Positions 24,401 through 36,400 of a stretch of DNA of 64,000 nucleotides are shown piece by piece. The notes under the pieces are model-generated. The model was not told the DNA's origin. It made no database searches and worked only from the letters and a program-made list of their open reading frames with translations. The stretch comes from Macrostomum lignano (taxonomy: Eukaryota). A program made the translations under genes and the position numbers. Location of the stretch: the NCBI GenBank assembly GCA_002269645.1, contig NIVC01000965.1:1-64000 (forward strand), given 5' to 3'. Numbering within the stretch: the first letter of the stretch is position 1; the number at the start of each line of letters is the position of its first letter.

Positions 24401-27400
24401 AAATCAGTGACTAACTTTTTTGTGTCCAAATCAGTGACCAGAAGTATTTCGTGTCCGAATCAGTGACCAATTTAGTATCCAAATCAGTGAATATTTAGTC
24501 AAAAAATCAGTGACTTTTTAGTGTCCAAATTTGGTATCCCAATCAGTGACCAATTTCGTGTCTAAATTAGTGACCAATTTAGTTTCAAAACTAAATACAT
24601 CATGGAATAAAGTTACTGACCAATTTGGTAACCGAGTCACTCATACTAAATGTAGGCCAGTTGAGTATCCTAACTAACCCTGCAACCGCTGATGCCAGGT
24701 GATCAACACCCGCAACGAGCCCGTGTTCGGCATCTGCTGCGGCAACCAACTCGTTGGCCTGGCTGCCGGCTGCACCAGCTACAAAATGCCCCTTGGCAAC
24801 CGCGGTCACAACCAATCCGTGCTCAATTTAGTTACTAAGCAAGCCTTTATCACGTCGCAGAATCACGGATTCGCCATTAACACTGACAACCTGCCATTTG
24901 GCTGGCGGCCGCTGTTTATTAACGCCAATGACGGATCCAACGAAGGCCTGATGTGCACGGAGAAGCCGATTTTTACCGCCCAGTTCCATCCGGAGGCCTG
25001 CGGCGGCCCAACCGATACGCAATTTCTATTCGACGCTTTCATTGAAATGGTGAAGACTAAATCGGCCACGGTGATCATGCCGGAGCCTCGTCTGATGGAC
25101 GCACGCCGAGTGCCAGTTGCCAAGGTGCTGGTGCTGGGCTCCGGCGGCCTGTCCATTGGTCAGGCTGGCGAATTCGACTATTCGGGCTCGCAGGCGATTA
25201 AAGCGCTTAAAGAGGAGGGCGTGAAAACTGTGCTGATGAATCCCAATATTGCCAGCGTGCAGACTAATGCGGAGGGAGAGAAGCAGGCCGATATGGTGTA
25301 CTTCCTGCCCGTTACTGCCGAGTTCGTTACCAAGGTAATTAGGGGAACTGAGTGCTTGGATTGGCTAGATTCCTGAGGGGCTGTAGCCTAGTGGTTAGTG
25401 CGTTGGACTCACGACTGAAAGGTCGGGGTTCGATTCTCGACCCACTCAGAATAATTTGTGTCCTTGAGCAAGACACTCAACTCTGCATTGCTTCAGTTCA
25501 CTCAGCTGTAAAATGGGTGCCAGCATTAGCTGGGGTAATTGAGGCTGTGTGTGGCGACCGCCCAGTCCTTGGACTGAACAGCCGTACGCAGCCTTCAGAT
25601 GCGCCGCGCAATAGCTGCGGCTGAGCTGTCGGTTGCACATCTGCCCATTAGGGCAGGTGTAAGCAATTGTTATTTTTTTATTTTTTTTATTATTATTATT
25701 ATTATTTGTTATTATTTTATAGATTCTTAACTTGAGAGTGCCAAGATTCTTAACTTGGGAGTGCTCAGATTCTTAACTTGGGAGTGCTCAGATTCTTAAC
25801 TTGGGAGTGCTCAGATTCTTAACTTGAGAGTGCCAAGATTCTTTACTTGAGAGTGCCAAGATTCTCAACTTGAGAGTGCTCAGATTTTTTATCTGGGAGT
25901 GCCCAGAGTCTTACCTTGGGAGTGCCAAGATTCTTGACTTGAGAGTGCCAAGATTCTTTACTTGAGAGTGCCAAGGTTTTTTACTTGAGTGTGCCAAGAT
26001 TCTTAACTTTGGAGTGCCTCAGATTCTTAACTTAGGACTGCTCAGATTTTTAATCTAGGAGTGCCAAGATTCTTAACGTAGACGTGCTCAGATTGCTAAA
26101 TTGGGAGTGCCCAGCTTCTTAGAATTAGAGTGCTCAGTTTTCAAAACAATTAGCAAGCGGTAAACTGCAGGGCACCCACTATGCACCCATTCATCTCCGC
26201 AGGTGATTGAACGCGAAAAACCCGACGGCATACTGCTGTCAATGGCGGCCAAACTGCTCTAAACGTTGGCATCGAGCTGCACGAATCGGGAATCCTTGAG
26301 CAGCACAATGTCCGCGTACTCGGCACCCAGATTCACGACATCAAGCTGACGGAAGATCGGGAGACATTCGCCGAAGAGCTGATGCGAATTAATGAGAAAC
26401 TCGCACCCAGCGTGGCCGTCACTCGAGTCTCCGAGGCGATCAAAGCGGCTCACGACATCGGCTACCCCGTGATGGTGCGCGCCGCCTTCGCCCTCGGCGG
26501 TCTGGGCTCCGGATTGGCTAAAGACGAGGCCAGCCTGGTGGACATCTGTCGCAAAGCCTTTGCCATCACCAATCAGGTGTGCTAGAGATTAATCTAACGA
26601 CTTGCAGTTAGGGATGGCGTCATACATAACAATCAAATCTTAACGACCATTCGCCCTAGTAACCGCATTTCTTGACTAAACCCTATTATAAACCACAACT
26701 TCAAGCAACCGTAGTCCTAGAGAAAACATCTCTAGCAACCATACCCTCAAGAAATAGCATCCCCTAGCAACCATGTCAACAGGAATGTTAGGGGTCACAG
26801 GGTTGCTAGGGGTCACAGGGTTGCTATGTGTCACAGGGTTGCTAGGGGTCACAGGGTTGCTATGTGTCACAGGGTTGCTAGGGGTCACAGGGTTGCTAGG
26901 GGTCACAAGGGTGCTAGGGGTGGCAGGGGTGCTAGGGGTCACAGGGGTGCTAGGGGTGCAAGGGGTCACAGGGGTGCTAGGGGTCACATGGGTGCTAGGG
27001 GTCACAGGGGTGCTAGGGGTCACAGGGGTGCTAGGGGTCACAGGGGTGCTAGGGGTCACGGGGATGCCTGGGGTCAATAGGGATTCCAGGAACATACTGA
27101 TGCGATGGTCAAAATTATGCTCGCCCTAGCAACCACCCATAACAACTACACCATTCTGATGTACGTCACCCCGAGTCGCCCCCCAGCAACCGCGATATGC
27201 CCCAATTTGCGCGTCGCCAGGTCCTAATCGAGAAGTCCCTACTAGGCTGGAAGGAGGTGGAATACGAGGTTGTACGCGACGCTGCAAACAACTGCATCAC
27301 GGTATGCAACATGGAGAACTTCGACCCACTCGGCGTGCACACTGGCGATTCAATCGTGGTGGCCCCAGCCAGACCCTGTCCAACGAGGAATACCACATGC

Positions 27401-30400
27401 TGCGCGAGACCGCTCTCAAAGTGATCCGCCATTTCAACATTGTTGGCGAGTGCAACATCCAGTACGCTCTGCATCCGCACTCGCTTGAGTACTGCATCAT
27501 CGAGATCAACGCCAGACTGTCCCGCTCGTCCGCTCTGGCCTCCAAAGCCACCGGCTATCCGCTGGCGTTCATTGCCGCCAAACTGTCCCTGGGCATTAGC
27601 CTGCCGGAGATTAAAAATGCCACCACCAAGGTGACTACGGCCTGCTTTGAGCCCAGTCTGGATTACATCACTACTAAGATTCCGCGGTGAGTTGCATCCC
27701 TGTTGACCCCTGGCATCCCTGTAGATCCCTGGCATCCCTGTTGACCCCTGGCATCCCTGTGACCCCTGGCATCCCTGTGACCCCTGGCATCCCTGTGACC
27801 CCTGGCATCCCTGTGACCCCTGGCATCCCTGTGACCCCTGGCATCCCTGTGACCCCTGGCATCCCTGTGACCCCTGGCATCCCTGTGACCCCTGGCATCC
27901 CTGTGACCCCTGGCATCCCTGTGACCCCTGGCATCCCTGTGACCCCTGCCATCCCTGTGACCCCTGGCATCCCCATGTGACCCTTGGCATCTCTGTGACC
28001 CCTGGCATCCCCATGTGACCCCTGGCATCGCTGTTGGCCACTGGCATCCCTCTTGACCCCTGGCATCACTGTTGACCCCTGGCATCCCTGTGACCCCTGG
28101 CATCACTGTTGACCCCTGACATCCCTGTGACCCCTCTCATCCCTGTGACCCCTCTCATCCTGTGACCCCTCTCATCCCTGTGACCCCTCTCATCCCTGTG
28201 ACCCCTCTCATCCCTGTGACCCCTGTGCCATCATTTCTAATCCCCTTAAGATTAAAAACGAAATAAAAACATCTTGATCGCAAATCCCCGCACAGCTGGG
28301 ACCTGGACCGCTTCCATCACACGCCGAAGGAGATCGGCTCCGCCATGAAATCAGTGGGCGAAATCATGGCCATCGGTAGAACCTTCGAGGAGTCCCTGCA
28401 GAAAGCGCTTCGAATGACTCATCCCAGCGTTGGCGGCTTTGAAAGCAAACTGCCAATGGGCAAACAGTATCCGGACAACTTCGACCTGCTTGAAGGCCTA
28501 CAGGTGCCCAGCAACGCCAGGATTCACTATATCTGCCGGGCCCTCGAGCAGGACCTCATGACAGTTGACGAGATTCACCGATTCACTCAGATTGACAGAT
28601 GGTTTCTGCACAAGCTCAAGCGCATTGTCGACTATCGCAAAGATCTGGAACAGCTGGGCCAGGCTAACGAGACCACATCCGAAGACTGGGGCCTGGCTAA
28701 GAAGCTCGGCTTCAGCGACAAACAGCTCGGCGAAGTGTTTCGCAAACCGGTGTCTGAAGTTCGCGCGCATCGGCTGAGCTTGGGCCTGACGCCCTATGTC
28801 AAACAGATTGACACTATGGCTGCCGAGTATCCCAGCTATACTAACTATCTCTACTGCTCCTATAATGCGGCCGAGCACGATGTGGCTTTCACGGATAAGG
28901 TGATTAGCTACTCAGTTATCTAGGGATGAGGTAGCGTGTACCAGAGGACATTGGGTGAGGTAGCATGTACCAGAGGACATTGGGATGAGGTAGCATGTAC
29001 CAGAGAACATTGGGATGAGGTAGCATGTACCAGAGGACATTGGGATGAGGTAGCATGTACCAGAGGACATTGGGATGAGGTAGTGTCATTTACATGTACC
29101 AGAGGACATTGGGATGAGGTAGCGTCATTTACATGTACCAGATGACATTTGGATGAGGTAGCGTCATTTACATGTACTAGAGGACAATGGATGCGGTAGC
29201 GTCATTTACATGTACCAGAGGACAATGGGGTGCGGCGTAGCGTCGTCTGCATGTACCAGAATACAATGGGATGAGGTAGCATGTACCAGAGGACATTGGG
29301 ATGAGGTAGCATGTACCAGAGGACATTGGGATGAGGTAGTGTCATTTACATGTACTAGAGGACATTGGGATGAGGTAGCGTCATTTACATGTACCAGAGG
29401 ACATTGAGATGAGGTAACGGCTCTGACCAGAAGACATTGGGAAGTGGTACAGCACCTCAATACCTCTTCTAACAAATCCGTCCGTCCGTCGTTGTTAACC
29501 TCGACATCCAGGGCATCATGGTCCTTGGCTGCGGTCCCTACCACATCGGTCCAGCGTAGAATTCGACTGGTGCAGCGTCAGCGCAATCCGCTGCCTGAAC
29601 GCCCTGGGCATGAAGAGCATCGTTGTTAATTACAACCCGGAGACTGTCAGCACTGACTTTGACGAGTGCGACCGGCTGTACTTTGAGGAGCTCAGTCAGG
29701 AGCGGGTGCTGGACATCTACCAGCTGGAGTCCGCCTCCAACTGCATTGTGTCGGTTGGCGGCCAGATTCCCAACACCCTGGCGCTGCCATTGCACAAGGC
29801 CGGGGTTCGAATCTTGGGCACTCATCCGACTAAGATTGACGACGCCGAGGATCGGGCGAAATTTTCGCGCATCCTCGACGAGATCGGCGTCGGACAGGCG
29901 CCTTGGCGGGCGCTCACCTCCGAAAAGGAGGCGTTGGAGTTTGCCGAGCAGGTTGGCTTAATATTTTTAATGTTATTTTCGATACATATCGGTGGTTTTT
30001 TATATGAATTGATATATACATATTAAAAATTTCTGGTTAAAGTTGGTTTCACTACATATCGGCAATCGCTAGTTGAAGTTTTTGATACATATCGTTAGCT
30101 ACTAATTCAAGTTATTTCCACTACACAACAGGCTTTAGTAATCTTTCAATGCGTGATGCAGTACATGATGTAAAATAATCGAACTAATTTCATCCAAAAA
30201 CTCCACAGGTTGGCTACCTTGCCTCGTACGGCCGTCCTACATCTTGAGCGGCTCGGCATGAATGTCGCCTACGGACCCAGGAGCTGCGCGGCTTCCTCGG
30301 CCAGGCGGCCGCCGTCAACGCCGAACACCCGGTGGTGCTGACAAAGTTCATCGAGAATTCGCGCGAAGTAGTCGAATGCGACGCGGTCGCCTCCAACGGC

Positions 30401-33400
30401 CAGGTTGTGGCGCACGCGCTGTGCGAGCACGTGGAGAATGCCGGAGTGCACAGCGGCGACGCCACGCTGGTGCTGCCGCCGCACACTATTAACGAGGATG
30501 TCAAGGCTCAGGTAATTTATGATCTGTTTTGTTTGTAACTCTGCTTGGAATTGAAACTAGTGGCCCAGCAAATGAGGATCTGTGAGGGCTGGCCCAGCAA
30601 CTGAGGATGTTGGAGGCTGGCCCAGCAACTGAGGATCTGGGAGGCTGGCCCAGCAACTGAGGATCTGGGAGGCTGGCCCAGCAACTGAGGATCTGGGAGG
30701 CTGGCCCAGCAACTGAGGATCTGGGAGGCTGGCCTAGCAACTGAGGATCTGGGAGGGCGATGGCCCAGCAACTGAGGATCTGGGAGGCTGGCCCAGCAAC
30801 TGAGGATCTGGGAGGCTGGCCCAGCAACTGAGGATCTGGGAGGCTGACCCAGCAACTGAGGATCTGGGAGGCTGGCTCAGCAACTGAGAATGTGGGAGGG
30901 CGATGGCCCAGCAACTGGGGATCTGGGAGGCTGGCCCAGCAACTGAGGATCTGGGAGGCTGGCCCAGCAACTGAGAATGTGGGAGGCTGGCCCAGCAACT
31001 GAGGATCTGGGAGGCTGGCCCAGCAACTGAGAATGTGGGAGGCTGGCCCAGCAACTGAGGATCAGGGAGGCTGGCCCAGCAACTGAGAATGTGGGAGGTT
31101 GGCCCAGCAACTGAGGATCTTGGAGGCTGGCTCAGCAACTGAGGATCTGGGAGGCTGGCTCAGCAACTGAGGATCTGGGAGGCTGGCCCAGCAACTGAGA
31201 ATGTGGGAGGCTGGCCCAGCAACTGAGGATCTGGGAGGCTGGCCCAGCAACTGAGAATGTGGGAGGCTGGCCCAGCAACTGAGGATCAGGGAGGCTGGCC
31301 CAGCAACTGAGAATGTGGGAGGTTGGCCCAGCAACTGAGGATCTTGGAGGCTGGCTCAGCAACTGAGGATCTGGGAGGCTGGCTCAGCAACTGAGGATCT
31401 GAGAGGCTGGCCCAGCAACAGGATCTTGGAGGCTGGCACAGCAACTGAGGATCTGGGAGGCTGGCACAGCAACTGAGGATCTGGGAGGATGACGGTGACC
31501 ATCGAAGGCACAGAGAACGATCTGATAAAAGCTAAAGTTTTAGTTATCTGTATATAGTCCTGCAGGTGTTGCTGCTGCTAATAAACTTGTAAAACTATAT
31601 ATTCCATTCGCAAAATTCCAGATTCGGGACGTAGTGAAGCGCATAGCCGAGCGGTTCAGCATCACGGGCCCGTTTAACACGCAGTTCCTGGTGACGCCCG
31701 AGCAGAAGGTGCTGGTCATTGAAACTAACCTGCGAGCCTCTCGCTCCTTCCCGTTCGTGTCCAAGACTCTGGGCACCGACTTTATCGCCACGGCCACGAA
31801 GGTGATGCTGGGCGTGGAGCCCGACCAGAAGGATCTGTACACGATGGAGAACCCCCGAGAACCCGTCGGATTTGTTGGCATCAAGGTACGTGTGGTGTAC
31901 TTGTAGCTGATCTGTTGGTGATTCTACCCTACCCGGTTTCCAAAATCCTCTTATTCCTCTTTTTTCCAAATTAAGAAATATTTTAAAGTAAAATTGTCTA
32001 AATTTAAATCAATAAAGAAAATATCGGTGACTCTCAGTGACCCGCACTTTGTTTCCTGTCACAGTGTTGAATGAGCAGCGCGGCCATGTAGATTACTGCA
32101 TATTAAGGTGCGAAGACAACGATCACAAAAACTGTTGCGCAATCTTTAGCCACTTTATTTAGTATATAGGATATATGACGCGCGTCCGTGTGCTGTCCCT
32201 TTTGACCATTATAGCTGGTGTCCTACTGAGTTTTATCGCATATATGTTGCACCCACAGACCATATAGAATATAGACTGCGAATCTCGGTGGCTTGCCCAG
32301 GCGCGTTGTGGGACAAAAAAGCAACACAAAAAATGGTCCTTCCACAAAGCCCCAACTTCGATCGATATGTGGGACAAAAATGGGCAAGTGCAAGTTTTCA
32401 AGCTTGAAATTTACTTATTATAGAGTTTAAAACCCTAGGGAGGCAAAATAAATGTAAATTAGATTTGATTTGAATTGATTGAATTGAATTGAATTGAATT
32501 GAAATTGAATTTGATTTGAATTACAATTTCCTTGCAAAAATATCCAGCAAAAAACCAATTAAAGCATTCTTATCCATGCAGCCTCAGCCAGCTTCTATAG
32601 TGTATCAAAAAGGAGAAAAGCGCCAGAAAATGTGGCAACTGTGGAAAATGTGTGCTCAGGGAGCTGAACAAGAAGCACCAGCGACTAAGGGCGCGGTCAA
32701 AGTCACTGACAGAAATTGTGAAAGTGCTGTAGGCAAAGAATATTGTGGATGAAGCTGCAGCATCCCATCTGCAGTTTCTGTCATCAAATTCATTGTTGAG
32801 CTGTCTAGTGCCAACTAAAAACAAGAGGATAAAAAATTCCCTCCTGAAGTTCGGCGATTTGCTTCCACGTTGCACTATTACAGTCCTAAGGCATACGAAT
32901 ACGTGAGAAACTTTTTCCAGCTTCCGTGCATCCATCTTCTTTACGGAAATGGATCTCAAGTGTGTACGATGCCTTCCAGGATTCTGCGTCCAAGCATTCC
33001 ACGAACTATACGTATTCTGCTGAACACCGAAACGATTATTCGCCGCTCCTGCTTTGATAGCTGCTTTTCAAACCTCAATCGCTGTTCAAGAGACTTTGAA
33101 TTTGAATTTCACTTTGAATTTCAACTGCTATTCTCTGAATTAGATTCGCATTCAGCAGCTGTTAGCACAGGTATTGAGTCACACAAGCTGCAGCTGTTAG
33201 CACAGGTATTGAGTCACACAAGCTGCAGCTGTTAGCACAGGTATTGAGTCACACAAGCTGCAGCTGTTAGCACAGGTATTGAGTCACACAAGCTGCAGCT
33301 GTTAGCACAGGTATTGAGTCACACAAGCTGCAGCTGTTAGCACAGGTATTGAGTCACACAAGCTGCAGCTGTTAGCACAGGTATTGAGTCACACAAGCTG

Positions 33401-36400
33401 CAGCTGTTAGCACAGGTATTGAGTCACACAAGCTGCAGCTGTTAGCACAGGTATTGAGTCACACAAGCTGCAGCTGTTAGCACAGGTATTGAGTCACACA
33501 AGCTGCAGCTGTTAGCACAGGTATTGAGTCACACAAGCTGCAGCTGTTAGCACAGGTATTGAGTCACACAAGCTGCAGCTGTTAGCACAGGTATTGAGTC
33601 ACACAAGCTGCAGCTGTTAGCACAGGTATTGAGTCACACAAGCTGCAGCTGTTAGCACAGGTATTGAGTCACACAAGCTGCAGCTGTTAGCACAGGTATT
33701 GAGTCACACAAGCTGCAGCTGTTAGCACAGGTATTGAGTCACACAAGCTGCAGCTGTTAGCACAGGTATTGAGTCACACAAGCTGCAGCTGTTAGCACAG
33801 GTATTGAGTCACACAAGCTGCAGCTGTTAGCACAGGTATTGAGTCACACAAGCTGCAGCTGTTAGCACAGGTATTGAGTCACACAAGCTGCAGCTTTTAG
33901 CACAGGTATTGAGTCACACAAGCTGCAGCTGTTAGCACAGGTATTGAGTCACACAAGCTGCAGCTTTTAGCACAGGTATTGAGTCACACAAGCTGCAGCT
34001 GTTAGCACAGGTATTGAGTCACACAAGCTGCAGCTGTTAGCACAGGTATTGAGTCACACAAGCTGCAGCTGTTAGCACAGGTATTGAGTCACACAAGCTG
34101 CAGCTGTTAGCACAGGTATTGAGTCACACAAGCTGCAGCTGTTAGCACAGGTATTGAGTCACACAAGCTGCAGCTGTTAGCACAGGTATTGAGTCACACA
34201 AGCTGCAGCTGTTAGCACAGGTATTGAGTCACACAAGCTGCAGCTGTTAGCACAGGTATTGAGTCACACAAGCTGCAGCTGTTAGCACAGGTATTGAGTC
34301 ACACAAGCTGCAGCTGTTAGCACAGGTATTGAGTCACACAAGCTGCAGCTGTTAGCACAGGTATTGAGTCACACAAGCTGCAGCTGTTAGCACAGGTATT
34401 GAGTCACACAAGCTGCAGCTGTTAGCACAGGTATTGAGTCACACAAGCTGCAGCTGTTAGCACAGGTATTGAGTCACACAAGCTGCAGCTGTTAGCACAG
34501 GTATTGAGTCACACAAGCTGCAGCTGTTAGCACAGGTATTGAGTCACACAAGCTGCAGCTGTTAGCACAGGTATTGAGTCACACAAGCTGCAGCTGTTAG
34601 CACAGGTATTGAGTCACACAAGCTGCAGCTTTTAGCACAGGTATTGAGTCAAGAAAGTTATGAGCATTTTTTACATCAGAATTCGCATGAAGAAAATTGC
34701 GAAAGACATGTCGCACTTATTAAGAAAGGCAGGAATGAGACAGAAGCTGCTGCGCACAGCAATTTTTCTTAATCTGAAAGCTTGGACTTTGAAGGACATT
34801 TCGGGGTAATTTAATTTAATTTCATTACTTTTATTTATTTGGTTTTCGTGGCGTTTTATGTAAAAAAGAAGAAAAAATGGATCTCAATTGCATGTGTCCA
34901 ATAGGAGCACAATGGAAAAGAGGCCCGCCCTGTATCACATATCGATCGAGCTGGGGTGGGTGAGAGGGACCAGTTTCTTATGGGGGAAAATGGCCCACTT
35001 TTTTCTTCACTTTACTGGTCTATTATATTCTATATGGTCTGTGGTTGCACTAAAGCAACGAGAGAATTATTAACGCGAATTTTAGTACTCGTAAAATCAA
35101 AAAGGCTTCCTAATTTGTTATGTAGCGAGCGCATCAGCCCTTGCCGAGCTCTAACGCTAATGTTCTTTACATTTTTCGAATTGTTGTTGTTAGAACGCAT
35201 TGACCTGGGCGGTCGCGGGTCAGCCCTTGGGGGGGCTCTGCCGCAATAAGTATATTTATAAAAAATTTTAAAACGAGTTAAAATTTAAAAGTAGATTAAT
35301 TTGCGAAATAGTATTTAATATTTATATAGTATTTAATTTTTTGTGGTGTAAAACTGAAATCAATGAGATTAAAAATAAAATAGAAGTAAAAAGAAGTGAA
35401 AAGTATTTTGTAATATTTTAATATTTTAAAATTTTTGGAAAATTTTGCTCAAGGAAGGAAAATATTAGGGATAAAAAACAGGGGAGGGGGTTCCTTATGA
35501 GCTGGGATGGATTTAAAAAAAAACAATTTTAAAAAGATATTTGTAGATATTGTAGATATTTGTAGATATTGTAGAATTAAAAGAAACAATTTAATTGAAA
35601 TTTGAAAATATTCTTCATTAGGCAGTCGAAAAATATCAGGGCTAGTCATAAATATGCATCTAATTAAGCTCGAAAAGAAAAAAAGGAGTGGGCTGTGCAT
35701 TGCTCCAGCCCAAATGGTGACACTTTAATTATCCTACCATTTTAGTTATTTTGGTAATTTTTTGATATTTATGAAGATTTTTACAGCTTTTTTTCCAAGA
35801 TATTACTGTAAGTAGTGAACAGTCGAGGAAATACCTGAGTCGGGTTCAGACGCTGAAAGTGTGATTTTTTCGTGGGTATATAAAGGAAATCGAAACGTAG
35901 ACAAGAGCACAGTTGGTTTTGTCTCGCATAGAGACGCCTAACCGCAGTCACTCCTGTGAAACTTGTCTCTGCCTGGCTGAAAGCTTGTAATGAGTGAGTA
36001 GGCTGGGTTGGAGGGTAATAGTGGATCGGGAAGGGCTGTGGGTAGCTGTATAGGAAGGCAGGCCTATACCTGTACCAAGGTGCTCTGACGGTATCCCTCA
36101 GGCGCCCTCTGAGCGTACAGCCAGCGACCCTATTAAAGCTGGAGTGTGCCAGAACCAGGACTGAGTCTGAGCAGGACGGGACCGTTGGCACGGTCACAAT
36201 AGAAATGGCGGGTTGGCGAAGCAAAGGGTGAAACAGTCCCGGCGATTAGCCCTCCTGCCGCTTCAAAGATAAGAGACTGTCTGTTGGCAAGATTACCCGG
36301 GGTCTAGTTGGGGGGGAGGCTCCTTCGGGTTGCCACGGCCTTGGGGGCGGTCAATTGACCGGTTTTATTTGGCTTTTCTAACCCAGGAGTAGGCACGGGC

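Noticed and set aside
25377-25450. tRNA-Val-like gene (also at 56346)
   Set aside because: No proper acceptor stem or Pol III terminator; continues into a shared SINE body.
33155-34650. 35-bp and 67-bp (41790-42610) regular repeats as possible CRISPR arrays
   Set aside because: Head-to-tail units with no unique spacers, eukaryotic introns, no cas genes.
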